A stretch of DNA of 64,000 nucleotides from Candidatus Gorgyraea atricola (GTDB taxonomy: Bacteria; Omnitrophota; Gorgyraeia; Gorgyraeales; Gorgyraeaceae), in the NCBI GenBank assembly GCA_030765235.1, contig JAVCCW010000028.1, positions 24,744 through 88,743 on the forward strand, in the 5' to 3' direction. The position numbers were made by a program, and so were the translations under genes. Below the pieces are notes generated by a model. The model ran no database searches. It was not told where the DNA came from and was given only the letters and a program-made list of their open reading frames with translations. Shown piece after piece: positions 26,425 through 35,356 of the stretch (positions are counted from its first letter, which is position 1; every line of letters starts with the position of its first letter).

Positions 26425-28386
26425 ATGATAAAAAGAGTTATTGTATCTATAGTTATATTTTCGATATCTATTTTTTCTGCAGTGCCGATGGTCTTGCCGC
26501 AGTATGAAGATCCAGAATTAATATCGCTGGATCTTAAAGGTATGGAGATACGCGATGTTCTTAAGATCCTTTCGCAGAAGAGTGGGCTTAACATGGTAGC
26601 TGATAAGGATGTGAAAGGAACAGTATCGGTTTACGTGAAGGATGTGGATGTAATGGATGCCCTGGATATAGTAGTTTCCACAAATGACCTTGCTTATGAA
26701 GAGAAAGGCAGCCTTATCAGGGTCATGACTGCCAGGAAATACGAAAAGATGAATGGCGCCAGGTTTAAAGACAGGACCAAGACAGAAATAGTTAAGCTTA
26801 ATTATGCCAAGGCCTCCACTGTCGCAGTGACCTTGACAAAGATGAAAACAAAGCTAGGCAAGGTCATTGCGGATGATGCCTCGAACACATTAGTCTTAAT
26901 AGACAATTCTAAAAACATTGAAAGAATGAAGCAGGCTATTTTAGAAATAGATATCCTGCTGGTTACTGAGATTTTCTCTCTTGATTATGCAAAGGCAGAT
27001 TCCATAAAAGAGAAGTTAGAAAAGATGCTTTCCAAGGATATGGGGACTATACGATTTGATGAAAGGACAAACAAGGTAGTGGTTAAAGACACCCAGGAAA
27101 AGATCAATGAGATAAAGAAGGTGGTAGAGGCATTTGATGAGAAGACGCGAGAAGTGCTCATAGATGCAAAGATAATACAGGTGACACTCTCGGATAAACA
27201 TAGCTATGGAATAGATTGGGATAGCATTGCTACGCTGGGAAACATAACAATAGAGGCGACTACACATCTTACTACCAGCTTGGCAGGCACTACTCCGAAT
27301 GTATTGACTATAGCCAAGAAAGGTGGCACTCATTTAAATGTGTTAAGACTTCTTGAGACATTTGGCAAGACTAATGTCCTGTCGCGCCCGAGAATTACTG
27401 TTGCTGACAGGGAAGAGGCAAAAATCCTGGTTGGCGCCAAAGAGGTGTATGTGACGAGTGAAGTGACAACCACATCAGGAGGTACGTATCATACGACAGA
27501 TAATGTCCAGTTCGTTGATGTTGGTGTGACATTAGGCGTGACACCTGAGATAAATAGCGACGGTTATGTTAGAATGAAGATAAAGCCAGAAGTGTCTAAC
27601 ACTGATGCTACAAAGACAGTCATGCTGACAAATCCCGATGGATCAACCAGGACAGTTGTCCCTTATGTTACTACGTCAGAGGCAGAGACAACAGTGCTGA
27701 TCAAAGACAATACCACACTTATATTGGGTGGCCTGATGAAGGACACAGTTACAGAATATAATGACAAAGTGCCTATTCTTGGAGACATTCCTATTTTGGG
27801 GAAACTGTTTTCCACAAAAGGAAAGAGCAAAGAAAAAACAGAACTCGTAATATTTATCACACCTCATATCATAGACCCTGGTAAATCAACAAAAGAAGCA
27901 GAGTTTTATGCTAAAGAGTGGAAAAAGAAGACAGAAGACGCGAAGATAGGGAAATCAGAAAAGCCAGTTAAGAAAGAGAAAAAATCTGCCAAAGTTAAAG
28001 CAAAACGAAAACCAGAACCTAAGAAGAAAAAAGAATGGACACCTGTTTTTAGCAACAAAAAACCTGAAAAGGAAAAGGTGGTAAAACAGGAAAAGAAGGA
28101 AGTGGTTAAAACACCCTATGAGTCATACTACCTTGCTATAAGAAAAGAGATAATTGGTGCAGCCCAGAGGCAGGATATGGAAGGGTTTACAGGAGATGTT
28201 GAACTGCAATTCACGCTGGACAGAGATGGCTTTTTAACAAAAGGCCCTATTGTCCTGAATAAGCCTGATTTGAAACTTGTGCGAGCAGCTGTAAATTGCG
28301 TAAAGCTTACTTCGCCATTTTTTCCTTTTCCAAAGAGCTTAGACAAGGAAGAGGCAGAATTTTATATAATAGTACGGTATGAATGA
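26425..28386 (+). CDS. gspD: T2SS secretin GspD with C-terminal Lys-rich linker and TonB-C-like domain
   Basis: 653 aa. Signal peptide, N0/N1 domains, and the secretin signature VPILGDIPILGKLFSTKGKSKEKTELVIFITPHII. Then a KKEKKSAKVKAKRKPEPKKKKEW low-complexity linker and a YESYYLAIRKEIIGAAQRQDMEGFTGDVELQFTLDRDGFL... domain resembling TonB_C. Confidence 0.85.
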   Translation: MIKRVIVSIVIFSISIFSAVPMVLPQYEDPELISLDLKGMEIRDVLKILSQKSGLNMVADKDVKGTVSVYVKDVDVMDALDIVVSTNDLAYEEKGSLIRVMTARKYEKMNGARFKDRTKTEIVKLNYAKASTVAVTLTKMKTKLGKVIADDASNTLVLIDNSKNIERMKQAILEIDILLVTEIFSLDYAKADSIKEKLEKMLSKDMGTIRFDERTNKVVVKDTQEKINEIKKVVEAFDEKTREVLIDAKIIQVTLSDKHSYGIDWDSIATLGNITIEATTHLTTSLAGTTPNVLTIAKKGGTHLNVLRLLETFGKTNVLSRPRITVADREEAKILVGAKEVYVTSEVTTTSGGTYHTTDNVQFVDVGVTLGVTPEINSDGYVRMKIKPEVSNTDATKTVMLTNPDGSTRTVVPYVTTSEAETTVLIKDNTTLILGGLMKDTVTEYNDKVPILGDIPILGKLFSTKGKSKEKTELVIFITPHIIDPGKSTKEAEFYAKEWKKKTEDAKIGKSEKPVKKEKKSAKVKAKRKPEPKKKKEWTPVFSNKKPEKEKVVKQEKKEVVKTPYESYYLAIRKEIIGAAQRQDMEGFTGDVELQFTLDRDGFLTKGPIVLNKPDLKLVRAAVNCVKLTSPFFPFPKSLDKEEAEFYIIVRYE

Positions 28387-28394
28387 GATTATCC

Positions 28395-28422
28395 TTGACG
28401 CATAGGAAATAATATATAGAAT
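28395..28422 (+). promoter_or_regulatory. candidate promoter for the acd-etfBA operon
   Basis: TTGACG (28395-28400), a 16-nt spacer, then TAGAAT (28417-28422). An AGGAGG RBS precedes the ATG at 28455. Confidence 0.4.
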
Positions 28423-28454
28423 ATAAGAAATATGTCTAAAATAAGGAGGAGATA

Positions 28455-29606
28455 ATGGATTATTTGTTGACTGAAGAACAGATAATGATTCGCGATTTGG
28501 CAAGGCAGATAGCCAAAGAAAAGATCAAACCTGTTGCGGCAAAGTATGACGAAGAGGGCATATTCCCGTGGGATATCGTGAAGATCCTGGCGGATAGCGA
28601 TCTCTGCGGCATATACATCGAGGAAAAATACGGCGGCATAGGAGGCGGTTCCATGGAGCTCGTGCTCGCGACAGAGGAGCTGTCCAAGGCATGCGGCGGT
28701 ATTTCACTTGCGCTGGCAGCTACGGCGCTCGGGACATACCCTATTATTTTGTTTGGCACAGACGCTCAGAAGGAAAAATATCTTCCTGATATCGCTAAGG
28801 GCAAGAAGCTCGCTGCATTTGCTCTTACAGAGGCAGGCGCTGGGAGTGACGCAGCAGCAGTCGCGACCACTGCGGAGAAAAAAGGCGATCATTATATATT
28901 GAATGGCACAAAACAATGGATTACAAATGGCGGCGAGGCCGAGGTCTATACTGTAGTTGCCTCAGTTGACAGAAGAAAAGGCGCGCGCGGCGCAGCGACA
29001 TTTATTGTTGAAAAGGGTACGCCGGGTTTTGAATTTGGAAAAAAAGAAGATAAGATGGGTATACGCGCGTCTGCTACAAGAGAGCTTGTTTTTACAGATT
29101 GTAAGATCCCCAAAGAGAATCTGCTTGGCAAAGAGGGCGGTGGATTTATCGTTGCGATGAAGACATTCGATCAGTCCAGGCCAGGCGTGGCAGCACAGGC
29201 ACTTGGCATTGCGCAGGGAGCATTGGATCTTACTGTTGAATATGTAAAAGGGAGAAAGCAATTTGGTAAATCAGTATCTTCTTTTCAGGGCGTGCAGTTT
29301 ATGCTCGCTGACATAGCGACACAGATAGAGGCAGCCAGGGCATTGATATACGCGACAGCAAGGATGCTGGATAGCGGAGCCAAGAAGGTTGCCAAGGATT
29401 CCGCGATAGCAAAGCTCTTTGCCTCAGACATGGCCATGAAGGTCACGGTTGACTGCGTGCAGCTATTCGGCGGCTACGGATATATGCGCGATTACCCGAT
29501 AGAAAAATACATGCGCGACGCAAAGATCACGCAGATATACGAGGGTACAAACCAGATACAGCGCAGCGTCATCGCATTAAATCTACTAAAGGAGCGCACC
29601 ACCTAA
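28455..29606 (+). CDS. acyl-CoA dehydrogenase (short-chain/butyryl-CoA dehydrogenase family)
   Basis: 383 aa. LTEEQIMIRDLARQIAKEKIKP, FALTEAGAGSDAAA, and a C-terminal YEGTNQIQR. Confidence 0.85.
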   Translation: MDYLLTEEQIMIRDLARQIAKEKIKPVAAKYDEEGIFPWDIVKILADSDLCGIYIEEKYGGIGGGSMELVLATEELSKACGGISLALAATALGTYPIILFGTDAQKEKYLPDIAKGKKLAAFALTEAGAGSDAAAVATTAEKKGDHYILNGTKQWITNGGEAEVYTVVASVDRRKGARGAATFIVEKGTPGFEFGKKEDKMGIRASATRELVFTDCKIPKENLLGKEGGGFIVAMKTFDQSRPGVAAQALGIAQGALDLTVEYVKGRKQFGKSVSSFQGVQFMLADIATQIEAARALIYATARMLDSGAKKVAKDSAIAKLFASDMAMKVTVDCVQLFGGYGYMRDYPIEKYMRDAKITQIYEGTNQIQRSVIALNLLKERTT

Positions 29607-29610
29607 AGAT

Positions 29611-30462
29611 ATGAATATTATCGTCTGCATAAAACAGGTCCCGGATACAACAGATATTAGAATAGATCCTGAGACGAATACGCTTATCAGGAGCGGAGTG
29701 GCAAGTATTATAAATCCATTCGATATGTACGCGATTGAAGAAGGGATCCGTCTTAAGGAGAAGTTTGGCGGTAAAGTCACGATTCTGACAATGGGACCGC
29801 CGCAGGCAGAAGATGCGTTGCGCGAGGCGATCTCGCTTGGCGCAGATGAGGCGATCCTTGTTTCAGATCGCGCATTTGCGGGGAGCGACACTTGGGCAAC
29901 GAGTTACACCCTATCAAAGGCGATCCATAAGATAGGCGACTGCGATCTTATAATCTGCGGAAAGCAGGCAATCGACGGTGATACTGCTCAGGTCGGGCCT
30001 GGCATTTCAGCGCACCTCGATATACCACAGGTCGCGTATGTTAAAAAGATAGAAGAGGTAAATTTAGGGACAAGGGACCCCATACGAGAATCAAAGATTT
30101 CGTACGGGGCAGGCAAGGGACAAGGGACAAGTAGTGGCTATATGCGTACCGAGAGGATGACAGAGGAAGGCTATGAGATCATTGAATCGCCTCTGCCGTG
30201 CCTGATTACTGTTGTAAAAGAGATAAATGAGCCAAGGCTCCCTTCTTTAAAGGGGAAGATGAAGGCCAAAAAGATTGAAATAAAAAAGTGGGGCGCAAAA
30301 GATCTCGATGTGGATCCTGATCTGATCGGACTCAATGGCTCACCAACAAAGGTGGTAAGGATATTCACGCCGCCCCCCAGAGAAAAAGGTCAGATGCTAG
30401 AAGGAGACGCAAAAGAGGTAAGCGAGAAATTAGTCGAGTTGTTAAAGAAGGATATTTTATAA
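29611..30462 (+). CDS. etfB: electron transfer flavoprotein beta subunit (carries an in-frame repeat insertion at 30067-30138)
   Basis: 283 aa. MNIIVCIKQVPDT, and AILVSDRAFAGSDTWATSYTLSKAI. The ORF is uninterrupted through the repeat. Confidence 0.85.
   Translation: MNIIVCIKQVPDTTDIRIDPETNTLIRSGVASIINPFDMYAIEEGIRLKEKFGGKVTILTMGPPQAEDALREAISLGADEAILVSDRAFAGSDTWATSYTLSKAIHKIGDCDLIICGKQAIDGDTAQVGPGISAHLDIPQVAYVKKIEEVNLGTRDPIRESKISYGAGKGQGTSSGYMRTERMTEEGYEIIESPLPCLITVVKEINEPRLPSLKGKMKAKKIEIKKWGAKDLDVDPDLIGLNGSPTKVVRIFTPPPREKGQMLEGDAKEVSEKLVELLKKDIL
30067..30138. repeat. palindromic mini-repeat copy inside the etfB coding sequence, in-frame (different frame from the fabD copy)
   Basis: gggacaagggaccccatacgagaatcaaagatttcgtacggggcaggcaagggacaagggacaagtag, translated RDPIRESKISYGAGKGQGTSS. 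Confidence 0.8.
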
Positions 30463-30463
30463 A

Positions 30464-31672
30464 ATGTCTATCAGGGTTATCAATGAAAAATGTACGGGTT
30501 GTAAGCTTTGCATAAAGGCGTGTCCTTTTGCAGCAATTGAAGTGAAGGATAAAAAGGCTGTAATAGATCTGGACAAATGCAATCTGTGCGGTGCGTGCAT
30601 AGAATCATGCAAGTTTGACGCGATCGTACTTACCAAGATAAGCCCATCAGATATAGATTTTCCAAAAAAGATAGAACAGCATAAAAACGTGTGGGTGTTT
30701 TGTGAACAGAAGAATAGCGTTATCCAGAGCGTGGCATACGAGCTTTTAGGAAAAGGCCGGGAGCTTGCTGACGCGCTTGGCGTAGAGCTTTGCGGGGTTT
30801 TGCTGGGCGAGGCCATGAAAGAACAGGCGCAGGACATTATTCACAGGGGAGCTAATAAGGTGTATCTTGTAGATTCGCCAAAACTCAAACATTACCAGAG
30901 TGAGCCCTACTCAAAGACGCTTATCAAATTAATAAAGGAATACAAGCCAGAGATAGTGCTTTGCGGTGCGACCTCCATAGGCCGTTCATTGATATCGCGC
31001 GTGGCAATAGGGATCCATGCAGGACTTACTGCAGATTGTACAGGACTGGATATAGATAAAAAAGAAAAATTGCTTTTACAGACAAGGCCTGCGTTTGGCG
31101 GTAATATTATGGCCACGATCATCTGCCCGAATCACAGGCCTCAGATGGCGACTGTGCGGCATAAGGTGATGAAGGAGGCTGAGCCTGATAATCGACATAA
31201 AGGAAAGATCATAGAAAATAGTTATGACGATGATACCTATTTTTCACGTACAAAACTGCTAGATGTGGTGGAGGAAATAGAAGAGACCGTAAACCTCACA
31301 GAGGCAGACATCATTGTCTCAGGTGGCAGGGGCCTGCAGAAGCCAGAGAATTTCAGTATCATAGAGGATCTGGCCAAGGTCCTGGGCGGCGCAGTTGGTG
31401 CTTCCCGCGCGTCAGTAGACGCAGGATGGAAAAGTTACTCGCATCAGGTGGGACAGACAGGAAAGACTGTGTGTCCAAAGATCTATATTGCATGTGGCAT
31501 CTCAGGCCAGATACAGCATCTTGTAGGCATGCAATCGTCAGATGTAATAGTGGCGATAAACAAAGATCCACACGCGCCTATTTTCAGCGTAGCTACTTAC
31601 AGCATAGTAGGCGATTTATTTGAGGTCGTGCCAGAGCTGACAAAGAAGTTTAAAGAAGTTTTAAAGAAATAA
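30464..31672 (+). CDS. etfA: electron transfer flavoprotein alpha subunit with N-terminal 2x[4Fe-4S] ferredoxin domain
   Basis: 402 aa. CTGCKLCIKACP and CNLCGACIESC cysteine motifs sit in the first about 60 aa. An EtfA FAD-binding domain follows, ending SDVIVAINKDPHAPIF. Confidence 0.85.
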   Translation: MSIRVINEKCTGCKLCIKACPFAAIEVKDKKAVIDLDKCNLCGACIESCKFDAIVLTKISPSDIDFPKKIEQHKNVWVFCEQKNSVIQSVAYELLGKGRELADALGVELCGVLLGEAMKEQAQDIIHRGANKVYLVDSPKLKHYQSEPYSKTLIKLIKEYKPEIVLCGATSIGRSLISRVAIGIHAGLTADCTGLDIDKKEKLLLQTRPAFGGNIMATIICPNHRPQMATVRHKVMKEAEPDNRHKGKIIENSYDDDTYFSRTKLLDVVEEIEETVNLTEADIIVSGGRGLQKPENFSIIEDLAKVLGGAVGASRASVDAGWKSYSHQVGQTGKTVCPKIYIACGISGQIQHLVGMQSSDVIVAINKDPHAPIFSVATYSIVGDLFEVVPELTKKFKEVLKK

Positions 31673-31687
31673 TATCTACGTTTGTGT

Positions 31688-31750
31688 AAAGTGTCAGGTG
31701 TCAAGTGTCAGGGGCGTTCCTTGACACTTGACACTTTGAACCTGACACCA
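31688..31750. repeat. imperfect palindrome built from GTGTCAR units in the smc 5' leader
   Basis: aaagtgtcaggtgtcaagtgtcagg ggcgttcc ttgacacttgacactttgaacctgacac. Confidence 0.6.
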
Positions 31751-31774
31751 GCAAAGGAATATAAGGAAGCAAGT

Positions 31775-34700
31775 ATGTATTTCAAACGATTAGAATTATT
31801 TGGTTTTAAATCATTTGCCGAAAGGACAAAGCTGGACTTTGAGCCGGGCATAACCGCTATCGTGGGGCCAAATGGCTGCGGCAAATCAAATATTGCCGAT
31901 TCTATAAAGTGGGTGCTTGGTGAGCAGTCTGCGAAGATGCTGCGCGGCGGCAAAATGGAAGATGTGATCTTCAATGGCACTGACGGCAGAGAGCCAGTCA
32001 ATTACGCTGAGGTCTCGCTCACCCTCTCCAATCAGGACCGTATACTCCCTATCGAATATGACGAAGTCACTGTTGCGCGCCGGCTCTACCGCTCAGGCGA
32101 AAGCGAATATCTGATCAACAAAACCACCGTAAGACTTAAAGACGTGAGTGAGCTTTTCATGGGCACTGGCATTGGCACAAGCGCCTACTCGCTTATTGAA
32201 CAGGGGAAAATAGATCAGGTCTTAAGTTCGAGACCAGAAGACAGGCGCGAGGTCTTTGAGGAGGCAAGCGGCATCACAAAATATAAATCAAAGAGAAAAG
32301 AAGCTATGCGGCGGCTCGACGGCACAGAACAGAATCTCGTTAGGATCAATGATATTATCATAGAGGTCAAGCGCCAGATAAATTCTATAGAGAGACAGGC
32401 CAGAAAGGCAGAGCGTTATAAGGAAAGATACGAAGAACTAAAGGCCCTGGAATTGAAACTGACAAGGATAGAGTTGGAGTTATTAAACCAAAAAATAAAA
32501 GAATCCAGCACGAATCTGGAAGGCCTTAAGACAAGAGAATCAGAGCTAAATTCAGGATTGCAAAAAATGATAGGCGAGCTTTCAGAATTGAATACCCAGC
32601 GTTCTGAGATCGAGTCAAAGAGGATGGATTTTAAGTCCACCATCATAGAGACTGATTCTGAAGTGTCTAAGTCAAAAGATAAACTTTCCATGAACAGGGA
32701 AAGGATAGAGGAACTAAAGAAAAGGCGCATCGATCTCGAGAGCGAGATAGAAAAAAGCGCGGATAGTATAAAATCCCAGCGAAAAGAAGTAGAGGGCTTA
32801 AGAGAAAAGGTCTCGACGCTACAGACTGAGGACATGGAACGTTCCTCCGCTCTTTCAGTCAAGGAAAAGAGGCTCGACGAGACCTCAAAGACTATTTCTG
32901 AAAACGAGACGACCATTTCCACATCCAAGGCAAACCTGATAGACCTTGCCTCAAAGGAGTCTAAATTAAGAAATCAATCCGCAAAGATCTCTACGACCCT
33001 CGCATCAGATGACGCGAGACTCAAGAGACTCACAGTAGAAAAAGATACTATTTTGGAAGAAAAAAATAGTCTGGATGTAAAGCTGAGCGATGTGTTGAAA
33101 GAGGTCGAGCAGGTAGAAACAGAAGTCCTATCCTTGAAGGACGAAAAAGAAAGTGTTTCTCAAAAAGTATCCGCTTTGACTAGCCGCATAGAAAGCCTGA
33201 CAAGTCAATCAACGCAGATCCATCAGACTCTTGCCACTAATAAATCCAGGTTCGATGTCCTGAATGAGGCAAAGGCAAAGTATGAGGGTTTTTCTTCAGG
33301 CGTAAAGGCCATAATGGGCAAAGGCGTTTTTAAGAAAAAGCCAATAGAAGGCGTGCAAGACGCCCTTGCGAACCTCTTTAGTGTAAATAAAGGATACGAG
33401 ATCGCCATAGAGTCAGCACTCGGAGAAAACCTGGAGTCTATTCTCGTCGATGATCTTGAATCTGCGGAAAAGGCAATAGAGTTTCTGAAAGAGAATTCAC
33501 TCGGCAAGGCATTATTCGCGCACCCAGATTCTTTCCGGGCGATGCAAAGTGAGACCTCGCTTAGCGACAGCCGTATACTAGGCAGGGCAATAGACTTCGC
33601 GCGCATAAATAATAAGTGCAGAAACATCTTAGAGTATCTTTTGAAAGATACCTTTATTGTAAAAGACTTGAAAGATGCGGCCAGCATTCTAAAAGAGAAC
33701 CCGGATCTAAAAGAATCCACATTTGTTACGCTGCTTGGCGAAAAGATCGGCAGGGGATTTGTCTCTGGTGGAGATATCAGAGATGCGGGCCTTACGCTTA
33801 TAAATAGAGAAGAGAACATAAAGGAGCTTTTTGAGATAATAGCTGCGTCAGAGGCCAGATTTAAAATAATAGAAGAGGAAAAATTAACCGGCGAACAGGA
33901 AAAAGAAGAGTTAGAAAAAAGATCAGAAGTCGTCACCTCGAGCCTTAATGAAAAAGAGATCATGCTTGCCAATGCCAGGACCAGGCGCAGCAATATAGAG
34001 GAGAACATGAAAGGGGTGGCGGATGAGATCTCACTTGTCTCTCTTGAAGTAGACGAGGTGACTTCCGAGGCAGAGAGATTAAAAGAAGAAGAGCTTAGTG
34101 TTGTAAAGGCCCTGAAGCAGTCAGAAAACGATACGCATCTAAACCAGGAAAGGATCAAGAGAAGCGAGATCCTCATAAGTGATTATGCAAAGGAAAAAGA
34201 ACAGCTTATCATAGAGGTGGCAGAGCAGAGGACTGAATTAGGTTCTCTCGAGAGCAAAAAAGAAGGCCTTTCAAATACATTGAATCTCCTGGATAGCTCC
34301 TTAAAGGATGTAGAGAATAGCCGCCAGGCCCGTAAGGCAGAGATAGAGGATTCTATTAAAAAGGTAAAGGAATTAAGTGATGGACTCATGACCCTTGAAA
34401 AAAATATAGAGTCTTTATCTGAGAAAAGTGGCGAAAAAGGCGTGGAGCTGGAGGGCGTAGAGAGTGTTTATTCAGCGGTAATGCAAAAAATAAAAGAGCA
34501 AGAAGTCATCTTTAAGCAATCAGAAAAAGAGATAAACAGTCTTCGTTCGAATGTACATGAGATAGACCTTAAAAGGGCTGAGACAAATTATGGACTCGAG
34601 AATCTGACCCAGCGAATAAAGGATGTGTATAAGCTGGACCTGAATGAGGTCGAGATAGTCGAGAACTGGCAGGATATAGAAAGGGATGCGCTTCGTTCTG

Positions 34701-35356
34701 AGGTCGAGGAAAAGCGTGAAAAGCTGGATTCTATGGGCACAGTGAATCTGGTGGCCATCGAAGAACACACAGAACTCCAGGATAGATTCGCGTTTTTAAC
34801 ACACCAGCGGGATGATTTACTAAAGGCAAAGGACACGCTCTTAAAGGCCATAGCCAAGATAAACAAGATCACAAAAGAGCTTTTTATGGAGACATTTAAG
34901 AGTATACAGGTCGAGTTCAGGAATTTCTTTAAGATGCTGTTCGGCGGCGGCGACGGCGAGCTGATACTTCTGGATGAAAATAATGTGCTTGAGTCTGGCA
35001 TCGAGATAGTGGCAAGACCTCCAGGAAAAAGGCTTCAGAATGTGTCGCTGCTTTCAGGGGGAGAAAAGGCCCTCACCGCGATCTCACTCATCTTTGCCAT
35101 ATTCAAGGTAAAGCCCAGCCCGTTCTGCGTGCTGGATGAGATAGACGCGCCCCTTGACGAGTCAAACGTTGACAGGTTTTCAAGAAGCCTTGATATGTTT
35201 ACAAACACCTCACAGTTCATCGTAATAACCCACAACAAAAAGACCATTGATAAGGCCGACGTGATGTATGGCATCACCATGCAGCAGTCAGGCGTCTCTA
35301 AAGTTGTCTCAGTGAAATTTTCTGACTCTAGGAAACAAGAGGCAGCGACTAAATAA
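31775..35356 (+). CDS. smc: chromosome partition protein SMC
   Basis: Start chosen at MYFKRLELFGFKSFAERTKLDF with Walker A GPNGCGKSN. Long coiled coils, a hinge, and a C-terminal LSGGEKALTAISLIFAIF...VLDEIDAPLD ABC signature and D-loop. The ORF track's upstream extension covers the palindrome. Confidence 0.85.
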   Translation: MYFKRLELFGFKSFAERTKLDFEPGITAIVGPNGCGKSNIADSIKWVLGEQSAKMLRGGKMEDVIFNGTDGREPVNYAEVSLTLSNQDRILPIEYDEVTVARRLYRSGESEYLINKTTVRLKDVSELFMGTGIGTSAYSLIEQGKIDQVLSSRPEDRREVFEEASGITKYKSKRKEAMRRLDGTEQNLVRINDIIIEVKRQINSIERQARKAERYKERYEELKALELKLTRIELELLNQKIKESSTNLEGLKTRESELNSGLQKMIGELSELNTQRSEIESKRMDFKSTIIETDSEVSKSKDKLSMNRERIEELKKRRIDLESEIEKSADSIKSQRKEVEGLREKVSTLQTEDMERSSALSVKEKRLDETSKTISENETTISTSKANLIDLASKESKLRNQSAKISTTLASDDARLKRLTVEKDTILEEKNSLDVKLSDVLKEVEQVETEVLSLKDEKESVSQKVSALTSRIESLTSQSTQIHQTLATNKSRFDVLNEAKAKYEGFSSGVKAIMGKGVFKKKPIEGVQDALANLFSVNKGYEIAIESALGENLESILVDDLESAEKAIEFLKENSLGKALFAHPDSFRAMQSETSLSDSRILGRAIDFARINNKCRNILEYLLKDTFIVKDLKDAASILKENPDLKESTFVTLLGEKIGRGFVSGGDIRDAGLTLINREENIKELFEIIAASEARFKIIEEEKLTGEQEKEELEKRSEVVTSSLNEKEIMLANARTRRSNIEENMKGVADEISLVSLEVDEVTSEAERLKEEELSVVKALKQSENDTHLNQERIKRSEILISDYAKEKEQLIIEVAEQRTELGSLESKKEGLSNTLNLLDSSLKDVENSRQARKAEIEDSIKKVKELSDGLMTLEKNIESLSEKSGEKGVELEGVESVYSAVMQKIKEQEVIFKQSEKEINSLRSNVHEIDLKRAETNYGLENLTQRIKDVYKLDLNEVEIVENWQDIERDALRSEVEEKREKLDSMGTVNLVAIEEHTELQDRFAFLTHQRDDLLKAKDTLLKAIAKINKITKELFMETFKSIQVEFRNFFKMLFGGGDGELILLDENNVLESGIEIVARPPGKRLQNVSLLSGGEKALTAISLIFAIFKVKPSPFCVLDEIDAPLDESNVDRFSRSLDMFTNTSQFIVITHNKKTIDKADVMYGITMQQSGVSKVVSVKFSDSRKQEAATK

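Noticed and set aside
31682-31774. Upstream extension of smc (MCKVSGVKCQG...)
   Set aside because: It lies entirely within the GTGTCAR palindrome. The conserved SMC N-terminus MYFKRLELFGFKSF begins at 31775.
33241-33265. tRNA-like T-loop motif GGTTCGATGTCC
   Set aside because: It lies inside the smc coding sequence, with no acceptor or anticodon stem context. No convincing tRNA or rRNA is present anywhere in the window.
33223-34176. 317-aa minus-strand ORF inside smc (and similar antisense ORFs at 32416-32928, 34588-35001, 25752-26285, 8159-8722, 4268-4729)
   Set aside because: They are antisense to well-supported plus-strand genes and have low-complexity Ser/Leu/Phe-rich composition. They have no motifs, and no RBS or start context. 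They are typical shadow ORFs of coiled-coil and AT-biased coding sequence.
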